Shown in pieces: positions 48,225-64,000 of a stretch of 64,000 nucleotides of DNA. The stretch's first letter is position 1. Every line of letters starts with the position of its first letter. The stretch is from Amoebidium appalachense. Taxonomy: Eukaryota; Protista; Ichthyosporea. The stretch is taken from positions 5,847,921 to 5,911,920 of the forward strand of contig CAVNZM010000011.1 of the NCBI GenBank assembly GCA_963693365.1, in the 5' to 3' direction. The notes beneath the pieces were generated by a model. It made no database searches. It was not told the origin of the DNA and saw nothing but the letters and a program-made list of their open reading frames with translations. The position numbers and the translations under genes were made by a program.

Positions 48225-48522
48225 ACCGCCGCCGCCACCACCAACACACAAAACACCCTTGAGGCAGACAAGAAATCCAGCCTGAGATGTCGTGTGCCCA
48301 GTTAGGCATATAAACTAACCTGTGCATGTCTATGTGTGTGTGCGCGCCAGCACGCATGTCTGTGCATGCGTGTGTGAGCCCGTGCATGTGTTTAAATTCC
48401 TTTTGATCACTGGCAGTGACCTACACATATACATATAACCTATGAATAAAGAATCTCCTTGAAGGGGGAAGGAAGGAAGGGCGGGCGGGCGGGCGGGCGG
48501 GCGGGCGGGGCGGGCGGGCGGG

Positions 48523-48554
<32 letters not shown>

Positions 48555-48908
48555 GGGGGGGGGGGAGAGAGAGAGAGAGAGAGAGAGAGAGGTGGTGGGG
48601 GGGGGGGGGGGGGGGGGGGGGGATGTATGCATTAGAGGGTTGGAAGTGTGAAGGATGCACCAAAGGACAACACAGAGAAAGTCACGAAAATAAAAAAAAC
48701 GAAATCAAATCAAAAAATGGAAACAAATGGGGGGGGGGGGAGGATTCCAGGCCGTATTGCCGGTGCTTTTGTAAAAGCAAACAACTCCCCAAAATCAACA
48801 ACAAAAAAGGAGAAAAAAAGCGAAAGAAAGAAAAGACATTACGTCCTCATAAAACCGTGCAAGCATAAGGCACACATTAGGATAGCCCAAAAACCTTAAA
48901 ATTCTTAC

Positions 48909-49598
48909 CTTCATCGTCAAATTCCATCTCCTCTTCATCCATATCCTCCTCCTCCCCATCTTCCTGCTTATCCCAATCCTTCATCTTTGCCCCCATCATG
49001 TAATCGGATTTCAACCACGATCCCTTGGGCTTCGAGTCTCCCTCGTCCGTCTTCCCCCCAATGTCGAATTTAAAGGAAGCAGTCGCGCCGCCGCCTGGCG
49101 CGGTAACCGCGGGGGCGGGTGTTTTCTTTAAAAGTTCCAGGAAGCTGCCCTTGCTGAGAACCTGGCTGGTAACTGTTCGGGATTTTTCATTGTCATTAAT
49201 TGTTTAATTGTTTGTTTTAAAATTTAATCATTGGTAGTTGTTCATTTACACACCAGTTGTTTGTGTCAGTAAAAGGGGTTTAAAATTTTAATCATTGGTA
49301 GTTGTTCAAAACACACCAGTTGTTTGTGTCAGTAAAAGGGGGTGGGAGAGGAGGGGGGGGGGGGGGGGGAATGCGTGTGTCTGTGTGTGTGCATGCACGT
49401 GGCCGTGTGCGTGTGGTGGCTAAAGGCAAGGTTTAGGGTTTTTTCTTCGTTTTATAAAGTGGGAGAGAGAGATGAGGGGGAGGGGGAGGGGGGCAGCGGA
49501 AACATGATCTGGAAGTTGATGGTAGAACGTGAGGGTGTGAGGATGAAAAATTAAGGAAGAAAAGTTGGAGCGAGGAATAATAGAGATAGGGAGGGGGT

Positions 49599-49632
<34 letters not shown>

Positions 49633-49760
49633 GGGATGGTGGAAGGGAGGGAGGGGGGGATCCCATAGCACACACGGTAAAAACTAGAGACGTAAAGGAA
49701 CATTTTTTGGATACATGGGGTCCTTTAGATAGAGGGATGGAAAGCAGCGAGCCCTATGTT

Positions 49761-49833
<73 letters not shown>

Positions 49834-50367
49834 TTGCCGCCTGTGAGGCAAAGTGCCAATGTGCCCATGCACTTGGTCCTCCTGGGAAACAAGTGACACA
49901 CACAACACACAACACACACACACACACACACACACAAGCACACACAATCACACACACACAGCGCAGGAACGGGTGCATGCAGGCAAGGTCACGCAAACAT
50001 CTATGTGTGCACGCACACACGCACATGTGCACGCACGCGCGCGCGCACACACACGGGCACATATACACGCACATGTGCACACACACACACACAGACACAC
50101 AAACAAAGGAATGAAGGAAGGAAGAGGGGTGAGAGGGATGAAGGGAGAGAGGGTCGAAGGGAAGGACAGAAAGAGAGAAAGAAAGAACGGGAGATAAGAG
50201 GAGAGAGAGACGAGAGAGCGAGAGAGCGAGAGGGTGAGAAAGACAGAGAGAGACAGACAGAAAGAGACAGACAGAGAGAGAGGAGAGAGAGAGAGAGAAA
50301 GAGAGAAAGAGAGATAGAGAGAAAAGAGAGAGAGAGAATGAGAGAGAGAGAGAGAGAGAGAGAGAGG

Positions 50368-50410
<43 letters not shown>

Positions 50411-51076
50411 CTGAACACGAACCTTTCTCCTTTTTAGCCTCCAGAGTCACACTCTCCAGCTCCCCTTCGAGCTGTTTCTGTTGTTTGCGCACTGCATTGA
50501 AAAGCTTGACCACTGTGTGTGTGAGTGAGTGAGAGAGAGAGAGTGTGTGTGTGTGTGTGTGTGTGTGTTGGTACGTGTGCGTGCATGCATGCGTGCATGT
50601 GTGAGTGTGTGTGTGTGCGTGTGGACGTGGGTGAGTGGATGAGTAAGTGAGTGGGCGTCGTGTGTCGTGTGTCGTATGTTGTTTTGTGTGTATGTCGTGT
50701 GTCGTGGTGTTGTCGTGTGTGTGTGTGTGTGTGTGTGAGCGTGTATGCAAGTGAGTGTGCATATATGCGTGTGTGTTGTGCAAATGAGCACATGAGTGCG
50801 TGCGTGTGCACGTGTCTGCGTATGTGTGTGCATATGTGCATGTGTGTGCATGTGTGTGCATATGTGCATGTGCTTATCAACTGTACAAATGTGTAGCCTC
50901 CGCGCTCCCACACCTTTTCGAATATCGTGTGTGTTAATGCTTGTCTGTAAACAACCGGCAGTGACTACTATTAGCAAGCCCCCCCCCCCCCCCCCCCCCC
51001 CCCCTCCACCTTCCTCCGGTCCAATACGAACACCACACATCTCCATTCATAGCTTTACGAAACATCCACCCTCCCC

Positions 51077-51110
<34 letters not shown>

Positions 51111-52560
51111 ATCTCTTCCCCCTCCCTGTCCACATATGGCCCCATGCCAGTTTAAACTAAGCAAACGTCACCACAATCACAGGCAGGCTCACACCCACAT
51201 GTACAGGTGTGCTCACCGACACAAACACGTACATGCACAGACACATGGACACACAATCACACGATGCGCACACAGACACAGAGACACGGACACACACAGA
51301 CACACGGGCAGGCAGACACACCTCCGCTCGTTGCGATCTTGCTCAACCCCCTCTCGTAGTTCTTTGTCGATACGTCCGGAATCACGTGCCCCTTGTCTTC
51401 CTCCTGTACCCATGCACTTATGTAAGCAAACAGGCATGTACTTACGTAAGCAGCTAGGCATGTGCGTACCGTATGCAAATAGGCATGTACCTACGTAAGC
51501 AAACAGGCATATGCACTTAAATAAGCATATAGGCATGCACTTACGTAAGCAAACAGGTATGTACTCAAATAAGCAAATAGGCATGCACTTACGTAAGCAC
51601 GTTGCAATTAACTCATATTAGGCTATTTCTATGCCACCATGTACCAATCCAGTTGGCTATTGGCTAGCTATCATAGCGCTATCAAAGACCGTGCATGTGC
51701 GACAGGTGAAAAGAAGAAGGTGGGGGGGGGGGGGGGGGAGGGCGGGGATGGGAGGGGGGGAGGACGGGGGAGGAGGGAGGGGGGAGGGGGTTAGATGCAT
51801 TATAGAGCACGACGGACACATTCACAACGGACAACACAATGAAAGTGCAAACGACACATAAAGAGTATGCATTATAAGCAGATAGGCAAAGCCCATCCTC
51901 CAGAGCGGAGGGCGGGCGGGCGCCCAGGGGGGGGGGGGGGGGGGTCGACCTGTCTGCGTTCTGCTGCTGCCAAGCGTTTTGTCTTTGCGATTTCCTTCTC
52001 TTCTTCTAGCTTCTTCTCTTGCCTTCGATCTTTGATCAAAATTGGCGCCTGTTTTAGTGAGGGGAAAAAAAGGGATGGTTAGATATGAATGAATGACTAT
52101 CTAAATGGGAAGAATAAATGACCCCCCCCCCCCCCCCCCCCCTCTCTCCCTGACCCCCCTTCCCCTTTTTCTCCTTATTCATAGTTGTTTCTTCATGGAC
52201 AAACAGATTCCCCCCCCCCCCCCCCCCCCTTCCCCCCATGCCCAAACATCCAACCAGCTCAACACCAGAGCATACCCTCCCCCCTCCCCCCCCCGCAGGG
52301 GTTCTCAATGTAAAAAAAAAAAAAAAAAAAGATATCATACGCACAAATATTAAGCTGGTTTTATCTTTCGTTTAATTTGGTCCATTTACGACAAGTAAAT
52401 TCTGTCACCTCCTTACCCAACAACCCATTCCCATTCCTGTTTTAGGCTCCTCTCTCGCTCTCCCTCCCCCCCTCCCCCCCCCCTCCCCTCTCATCCCCTC
52501 CCCCTCCCCCTCCTTCGTCCCAGTCTCACAAGTAAAAAAAGAGAGAGAAACAATCACAAG

Positions 52561-52597
<37 letters not shown>

Positions 52598-53118
52598 AAA
52601 AAGAAAGAAAGAAAGAAAGAAAAAAAAAACGATCCTAGCCCGATCCCGTCATTTTCTCAATTGCTCTCGATCAGCCCGTCCCCCCCATCACCCCCCCCTA
52701 CCCCCTCCCCCCCCCCCCACACACACACACACAACCCCCCCCCCCTCCCCCCCAAAAAAAGAATGAATGAAAGAAAGAAATGAAAAACAGATTACAAAGA
52801 AACAAAACCAACACCCACCTCCTCTGTCACCGGCCCGCCGGAAGAAAGAAGTTTCTTAAAGACATCTGCCAAACCCTCACTCCTATTCGAATCGGCTTTT
52901 GCATCCGAATTTTCCTCCCCGTTACCCTCCTGTCCACCCTCCTTTTCAGCTTCTACCGGTTTCTGTTTCGTTTTTTGCTTTTTAGACTTGGACTTTGCCG
53001 ATGCCTTTCCCGGTTTATCTGAATTATCGTCATTTTCCGGTTGTGCTACGGGTGCTTTTTTGGGTTGCTCTCCGTCTGGTACAACCTCGAAATCGTCGGC
53101 GGCCCCACCTGCTTGCAA

Positions 53119-53203
<85 letters not shown>

Positions 53204-53534
53204 CAAGTTTGTGAACGTGTGTGTAAGTATGCGTGTACGTGTGTGTGTACGTATGCATGTACGTGTGCGTGTACGTGTGTGTGTGTGTATGTGTGTGTAT
53301 ATGTGTGTGTGTGCGCGCATGCCCGCCTGTATGCTGTTCCGAAATTTGCGTGACCCCAGTAAGTGCACATCCAGGAGAAAGGGGAAGTGGGATGTGAGGA
53401 AACGGGACAGAGAGAGAGAGAGAAGTGGCGAATACAATGAATAACCGAAAATCCGGAAGGTGGATGAACGCAAGTGAGAGTGCGTTTTCATGTGTGTGTG
53501 TGTGTCCTATTACTTGTGAGGGAAAGGTGGGGAA

Positions 53535-53567
<33 letters not shown>

Positions 53568-53673
53568 CTGATTGTAAAGGACAAAATGCAGATATCTAGG
53601 CAGGGGGACAAGCACAGACACATACTGCCTACACTCAACCTAGTACTAGTACGACACCTTTCACTCAGCCGCC

Positions 53674-53716
<43 letters not shown>

Positions 53717-54285
53717 ACCACCACCACCCAAACCCTCCCCTCAGGGTCTCTTTTGATTTCAACATCAGATCACTAATTCATGTACATGTTCCAGACAAAC
53801 AGGCCTATGCACCAGACGAGTGCTGTTCACACGCATAACACCTCCCCTCCCCCTCCCCCCCCCCCCCCCCCCCCAAAAGGCCCTTCGACTCCCCCCCTCT
53901 CCCCCCCTCTCCTCTCCCCACCTGCCAGTGCTCCCCCTCATCCAGACCACCCACACAAACAAACAACCTCAAGCACACAGAGAAACACACACACACACAC
54001 ACACACCTTTTTCCCACCCACCATGCACTTGGACACATCCCCCCAAACCACACCCACGCCCACATCCAAACAAAAGCGCCCGCACACGCACACACACACA
54101 CACACACGCACACACGCACGCACATGCACACACACACACACACATTCAAACACAGAAACCATACACACACCACAGAACTCATTCAAGCATACATTCACCG
54201 ACACTACGACACCCATTAAAAAAAAACACACACACACAAAAATACCCGCTGTATACACGGCAACACAACCAAAAACAACCACCAT

Positions 54286-54365
<80 letters not shown>

Positions 54366-54407
54366 ACGCATGCACAATTACACACACACACACACACACA
54401 CGCGCAT

Positions 54408-54474
<67 letters not shown>

Positions 54475-54736
54475 CACCCACTCACCCACCCACCCACCCA
54501 CCCACCCACACCCACACCCACACACACGCACCCACTCACCCACCCACCCACCCACCCACCCACCCACCCACCCACACCCACACCCACACCCACACACCCA
54601 CACCCACACATGCACACACTTGCCTCTTTTTCCTGTTCTGGCGCTCACGTATGGCCGCCTGGCGTGCGGCTTTTATAGCTTCTTCATCATCACTATTGTC
54701 GTCATGGTGTGTGCGTTTACTCAGTTTCTCTACCAT
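48909..54736 (-). CDS. RRP15: Ribosome biogenesis protein RRP15 (terminal exon below 48909 not resolved)
   Basis: Exons 54736-54624 (GC donor), 53122-52819, 52048-51950, 51403-51322, 50512-50423 and 49172-48909 join in frame. They contain the Rrp15 signature YERGLSKIATSGVVKLFNAVRKQQK and the C-terminal SWLKSDYMMGAKMKDWDK followed by an acidic tail. Confidence 0.9.
49213..49342. repeat. ~62-bp direct duplication in an RRP15 intron near the acceptor
   Basis: tttaaaattt(t)aatcattggtagttgttca..acacaccagttgtttgtgtcagtaaaagggg occurs twice. Confidence 0.9.
51411..51600. repeat. ~24-bp minisatellite (CATGCACTTACGTAAGCAAACAGG) abutting the RRP15 exon 4 acceptor
   Basis: About 8 degenerate units, several carrying the palindrome CTTACGTAAG. 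Confidence 0.88.
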
Positions 54737-54904
54737 TTTTCGAAAAGTGAAAATAAAAAAAGAGGAAAAAAGGGTGCAGGTGTTAAAAGAAATGAAAAAG
54801 AAAGCCGAAGTTATTATACTCAGCTTGTTGGAGGCTATAGCGAATGTATAAAGAGAAAAGGGGCTGGTTCATGTGCTGCGTCGTTAGTGTAATGGTGCGC
54901 TGTG

Positions 54905-55281
54905 TGTGCGACCATGCAGGCGCAGGTGGACACTTGAGCAAGAGAGATCTGCCTTTTCCCAGCTTTTCGAGTTGAGAAATGTTTTCGTCAATGGTTAACT
55001 CTCTGTGAGCGCGCATCAACACCTCTATTACTTAGTAAGACTTTTCGTAAAGAAACGGGAAACTTTTGAAACGAGAGAGCGATTTACAAGGTAATGATTT
55101 AGGCCTATCACTTTATTCAAGCAACTGTCAGACCAACTTCACAAAACACATGCATGATTACACAATGCACGTGCACATGTGCAGAAGACAATCTTATGCA
55201 TGGGCATTCTTGCTGCGCGGTTCTGCCATATAAGGCAATGCCGGAGATAAATCCTCGTACAAGATCGACATATCCCCCCCC

Positions 55282-55332
<51 letters not shown>

Positions 55333-55712
55333 TGCAACAAAAGACTCCCGTCATGTCTCCCCCCCGCCCTTCTTCTCATAAAGCTTGCCCAGCTTGCCCT
55401 CTCACATATGAATCTTCTCTCTCTCTCGAATTCTGCTTTGCTTTTGTAGCTCCAGTTCCTGCAAATTGCGGTGCAGATCGCCTCGGACCCCTCCCCCCCT
55501 GACCTGCCCTTCACAGGTTCTGCAATGCCAGAGTGTGATCATGAAGTTCATTTACACCTTAACCTAGTGAGACTGTTCCGGTCGCCGATGTCTTTTTTTT
55601 GCCACAACCATTCAACAACACAACTTGAATTTGACCTGGGTCAAGTGGTCGCCTGATCGGTCATCGAGAGCATCAAGAGTAGTGGTCAGGTTGATGGAGC
55701 AGGTGGTGCTGG

Positions 55713-55775
<63 letters not shown>

Positions 55776-55997
55776 CGTGCGCGCGTGTTTGTGTTTGAGT
55801 GTGCATGTGCTTGCGGGTGTGCTTGTAAGTGTGCATGTATATATGTGTGCGTGTGTGCCAGTGTGCGTGTGCTTGTGTGTGTGTGTCTCTCTCTCTCTCT
55901 TGCTGTGCGTGCATGTGCCTGTGACGCTGCGGCACACGTGTGTATGTGCATATACGCGCGTGCACGCGTGTCTGTTGGAGGCGAAAGAAGGGTGTCC

Positions 55998-56028
<31 letters not shown>

Positions 56029-56332
56029 GGGGGAGAAGGGGGAGGGGGAGTAGGAGGCGGGGTGCAGCTTGGCAAGCGCCAGGGAAGAAAGGATTAAAAT
56101 AGGAGTGCAAGTTGAGTGCAACGGTGAAGAAGCACTGCTGTATGGGAACCGGTGCAGACACGTGGGATCTCGGGAGGGGCTTCCTGGAAGGCGGGGGGGA
56201 AGGGGGGAGGGGAATCGGAGAGCTATAAATTAGGGGAATCCGCAGGGGTTCCAACATGTCACGAAACTTCTTGGTTTCATTTTGCTGAGAGGTTTTAAAA
56301 AGCACCTCCCTTACATATTTTTCTTTGTACAA
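54905..56332 (-). other. Unresolved possible exons of a small minus-strand gene
   Basis: Non-repetitive open segments next to splice-like sites (e.g. TTCSINLTTTLDALDDRSGDHLTQ at ~55636-55708, downstream of a sense (CA)n). No consistent gene model or domain. Confidence 0.2.
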
Positions 56333-56534
56333 TTATCAGAGGGTTGCTACAAGAACCCCTACTTTGTTAGGGCATATTCAGCCACGTCACCACAACCTAA
56401 ACTACGTTTTCATGTGTGCACAGATGCACACTAACTTAGGCACTTGATAAAACAGCGGCCCAGAACTATCCATCACATACCAGTTACTCTACATTTAAAC
56501 CTTTTTCAAACTGTGACCTAAAGAACTAAGGAAT

Positions 56535-57605
56535 TTATTTTGGCCCATAGTTATAGGTGCATTGGTGATCGTGTGGGAGTCTATGCTTAGGGCAGTAACA
56601 CGCACCACACTTACACTTCTGCATCATAAGGCCAAGTTTCTTATTGCAGCAACCACACCTATTCTCATCCACCACCCGCCCATTCGATTTCACTTCCTGC
56701 ATGTTCGGTTCGACCGCGGAAGCGCACAGAAACTTTTCCATGTCGGCGTCCATGGGCTTCTGTCTCCTTAGCGTCAAATGGCTCGACTGTTCCACTTCGG
56801 AAACTGGAGCACGCTGTTCCTTCTTGCACATTGCCTGCCGCAGCGCCGTCATTTTACTTTTCAGAGCGTCGTGCTCCGCTTGTTTCTCGGACCACCACCC
56901 GGGGTTGCGCCTCTGTCCAGCAGCCAAGCAAGATTTCCCTAACCTTCCCTTCCCAACCACATTGCGCTGCTTTTTCACCTTGATGACCAAATACCGCCCG
57001 CCGTTTGGCCCCGTGACCATTTCAACCTTTGCATCCTCATGTTTTGCCAAGAACTGCTCGAGTTCAACATCTGTCATAACCTGCGGCGCGCCCAAAGCGC
57101 TGGTGACAGCCTGCGTATCTTCGGAGATGTGTACGTTTGCAAGGCCGGAACGAAGGCGTGGCGTGACGAAGATGGTGTTGCCGTCGCAAATGTTTGCACT
57201 GGCAACCGTCTCTGTGTCCGAGAGCTCTCGATTGTTGAAGACCAAGGTGCAATCACACCAGTTTTCAGAGCTCATAAGACCCGAAACCACCACTCTTACT
57301 TCTTCGATTGTTGTGTGTTTTTGAAGGCGTGTCTCTACGTGTGTACCCATGGGTGTAGACACCAAAACGCTAACTGTGTCGATACGGTTTTCGCAGCGTC
57401 TAATGGGACTGGAAGAGAGTGGGCTGGGGTTTAGATTTGACTTTGATGTCTTGCGATTAAGACGTGTGGTGGGGGGAACGTTTACTTTCTCGTTTAGGTC
57501 TGAGGTTGTCTCTACTTGTGCGAGGGGAAGAGTGTCTACACTATCTAGGTGTGGGAGCTGGTCACGAGTAGTCATTTTTGCGGATTCTGCGCTGTTTCCT
57601 GTCAT
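56535..57605 (-). CDS. ZFAND4: Intronless ubiquitin-like + AN1-type zinc finger protein (ZFAND4/ANUBL1-like), ~356 aa
   Basis: Single ORF; the first ATG downstream of the TATA box is at 57605. UBL: VSVLVSTPMG..TIEEVR..LVFNNRELSDTETVASANICDGNTIFVTPRLRSG. C-terminal AN1 finger: RCGCCNKKLGLMMQKCKCGACYCPKHRLPHDHQCTYNY. The symbol rests on the UBL+AN1 architecture, not on phylogeny. Confidence 0.85.
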   Translation of the reverse strand: MTGNSAESAKMTTRDQLPHLDSVDTLPLAQVETTSDLNEKVNVPPTTRLNRKTSKSNLNPSPLSSSPIRRCENRIDTVSVLVSTPMGTHVETRLQKHTTIEEVRVVVSGLMSSENWCDCTLVFNNRELSDTETVASANICDGNTIFVTPRLRSGLANVHISEDTQAVTSALGAPQVMTDVELEQFLAKHEDAKVEMVTGPNGGRYLVIKVKKQRNVVGKGRLGKSCLAAGQRRNPGWWSEKQAEHDALKSKMTALRQAMCKKEQRAPVSEVEQSSHLTLRRQKPMDADMEKFLCASAVEPNMQEVKSNGRVVDENRCGCCNKKLGLMMQKCKCGACYCPKHRLPHDHQCTYNYGPK

Positions 57606-57722
57606 GTTTGCTTGTTTGTTTGTTTGTCTAAGACAGAAACCAAACAACTTTACTAAACTACAAATTCGTTGTGATAGTGAGCGAGCACAAGAAAATTCTG
57701 CGTCTCTTCGATAACGACTCCG

Positions 57723-57822
57723 TTTATAAACCCTGATGGCGAAGCGGATCCTCCAATCAGCAGAGCGAATATCTAACGGGAGCCAATTACCATGAATTTC
57801 GAAAATTCGAAAACATTCGAAA
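57723..57822 (-). promoter_or_regulatory. ZFAND4-like promoter: TATA box, CCAAT boxes, heat-shock-element-like array
   Basis: TATAAA on the minus strand at 57723-57728; CCAAT at ~57753 and ~57783; GAAaaTTCgaAAAcaTTC at 57801-57818 (3 of 4 nGAAn units perfect). Confidence 0.55.
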
Positions 57823-58042
57823 TGCAAAGACCTTGCTTAGAGTGCCTTATTTATTTACGGGGCTCATATATGTATGTCATGCTTTTTATTATAGTAAATT
57901 GGTTTATTTTCCCTCTTTTTTATGTGTATTTGCTCAAGGAAAAGAGGTGGCTCGTGATTGCCCATGGAGACACGTTGAAACACTTCTTCAATTTGATTGG
58001 TTGAAAGGTGATTGGTTGTGTTCATGGATCGCCAATCAGATC

Positions 58043-62768
<4,726 letters not shown>

Positions 62769-62911
62769 GTAGGTGTGCATGTGTGTGTGTGTGTGTTTGG
62801 GGGGAGGGGGGGGAGGGGGGAGGGGGGGGGGAGGAGCGGGTGTGTGTGTGTGTGTGTGGGGGGGGGGGTGGGGGAAGGAGTGTGTGTGGGTGGGTGGGTG
62901 GGTGGGTGGGT

Positions 62912-62990
<79 letters not shown>

Positions 62991-62991
62991 T

Positions 62992-63039
<48 letters not shown>

Positions 63040-63143
63040 TGTGTCTGAGTGTGTGTGTGTGTGCGCGTGTGTGTAGACCTGTGTCTCTGTGTGCACGGGT
63101 GTGTATTCCACACGTGTACTTGTGTATGTACTGGTGTCTAACA

Positions 63144-63176
<33 letters not shown>

Positions 63177-64000
63177 CTTTACTTCCATGCAACCGGGCAT
63201 GGTTGCTCTGTGTCGTGCATCTGTAAGCACATAGGCATTTTCCGCTGCACTGCATTAGTTTGCACACACATATTCACCGTTTTGCTCACCTTGCTAGCAT
63301 AAGCAACCCTGCTCGTCTTTGATCAAGACGGGTTGACCCTCCCAAGTTCAGTTGATGCTGCTGTCTGAGTTGGAGAGTCGTATATACGCGGGCTAAGGGG
63401 TCGAAACTCAGACGCAATTGATGACTTGGGCCCTCCCTGAGGATGCGCTCTGCTTATGATGACGCATACTGTGCGCATGGCTATGTTGCATACTTGAATG
63501 TTTGCCTTTGCATGTGCCCTTCGTGTATGCGTACTTCGTACCGTGTTCCGCATTCAAAACCCCCCAGTCTTCTTTCAGAGGTGTCCTTTGAGGACAGACC
63601 ACTGTGTGGAGACCACTTTACTTCCATGCAACCGGGCATGGTTGATCTGTGTCGTGCATCTGTAAGCACATAGGCATTTTCCGCTGCACTGCATTAGTTT
63701 GCACACACATATTCACCGTTTTGCTCACCTTGCTTGCATAAGCAACCCTGCTCGTCTTTGATCAAGGCGGGTTGACCCTCCCAAGTTCAGTTGATGCTGC
63801 TGTCTGAGTTGGAGAGTCGTATATACGCGGGCTAAGGGGTCGAAACTCAGACGCAATTGATGACTTGGGCCCTCCCTGAGGATGGCCTCTGCTTATGACG
63901 CATACTGTGCGCATGGTTATGTTGCATACTTGAATGTTTGCCTTTGCATGTGTCCTTCGTCTATGCGTACTTCGTACCGTGTTCCGCATTCAAACCCCCC
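63177..64000. repeat. Tandem repeat with a 439-bp unit (at least 1.9 copies, continues beyond the window)
   Basis: ctttacttccatgcaaccgggcatgg starts at 63177 and again at 63616. The copies are nearly identical, with a few substitutions and small indels. Confidence 0.95.

Noticed and set aside
51411-51600. Palindromic ~24-bp repeats (also 5695-5870) as a CRISPR array
   Set aside because: The units are contiguous and degenerate with no unique spacers, there are no cas genes, and the location is a eukaryotic intron.
57606-57827. N-terminal 74-aa extension of the 430-aa ORF call
   Set aside because: It spans the TATA, CCAAT and HSE-like elements; the ATG at 57605 is the more plausible start.
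63360-63445. Hammerhead ribozyme, C/D snoRNA or SECIS in the 439-bp repeat
   Set aside because: GAAAC and CTGAGGA are present but not in hammerhead order with stems. The TGATGA/CTGA spacing is too short and one TGATGA is lost in copy 2. There is no SECIS geometry.

Overview
This is eukaryotic genomic DNA with many introns, and the introns are saturated with poly-C/poly-G, (CA)n/(TG)n and (CT)n tracts. Almost all ORFs in the supplied track (poly-P, HTHT, CVCV, LSLS) are translated microsatellites. By joining GT/GC-AG exons with phase checks I reconstructed six gene models. (1) The 3' part of a large extracellular-type protein (Calx-beta-like, VWD with GDPH, EGF/cbEGF, SdrD_B/CnaB-like with a basic-site-bracketed insert, PAN/apple), + strand, <547-11260. 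(2) A ~749-aa Pro/Tyr-motif-rich adaptor with a C-terminal SH2 domain, +, 12904-23392. (3) A tandem OB-fold-like gene with an acidic NLS tail, +, 25823-27790, inside a microsatellite-poor island next to a Helitron-like hairpin. (4) A 12-exon, ~592-aa bHLH-PAS-PAS/PAC transcription factor with a SIM/HIF-type basic region, +, 31688-44851. (5) RRP15, - strand, with a GC-AG first intron. (6) An intronless ubiquitin-like + AN1 zinc-finger gene (ZFAND4-like), -, with TATA, CCAAT and HSE-like promoter elements. Exons at 55-56 kb and 58-64 kb remain unresolved, and a 439-bp tandem repeat ends the window. The gene content points to a holozoan, most plausibly a unicellular relative of animals such as a choanoflagellate; this is an inference and is not established. 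Domain calls come from motif recognition by eye, with no database searches.
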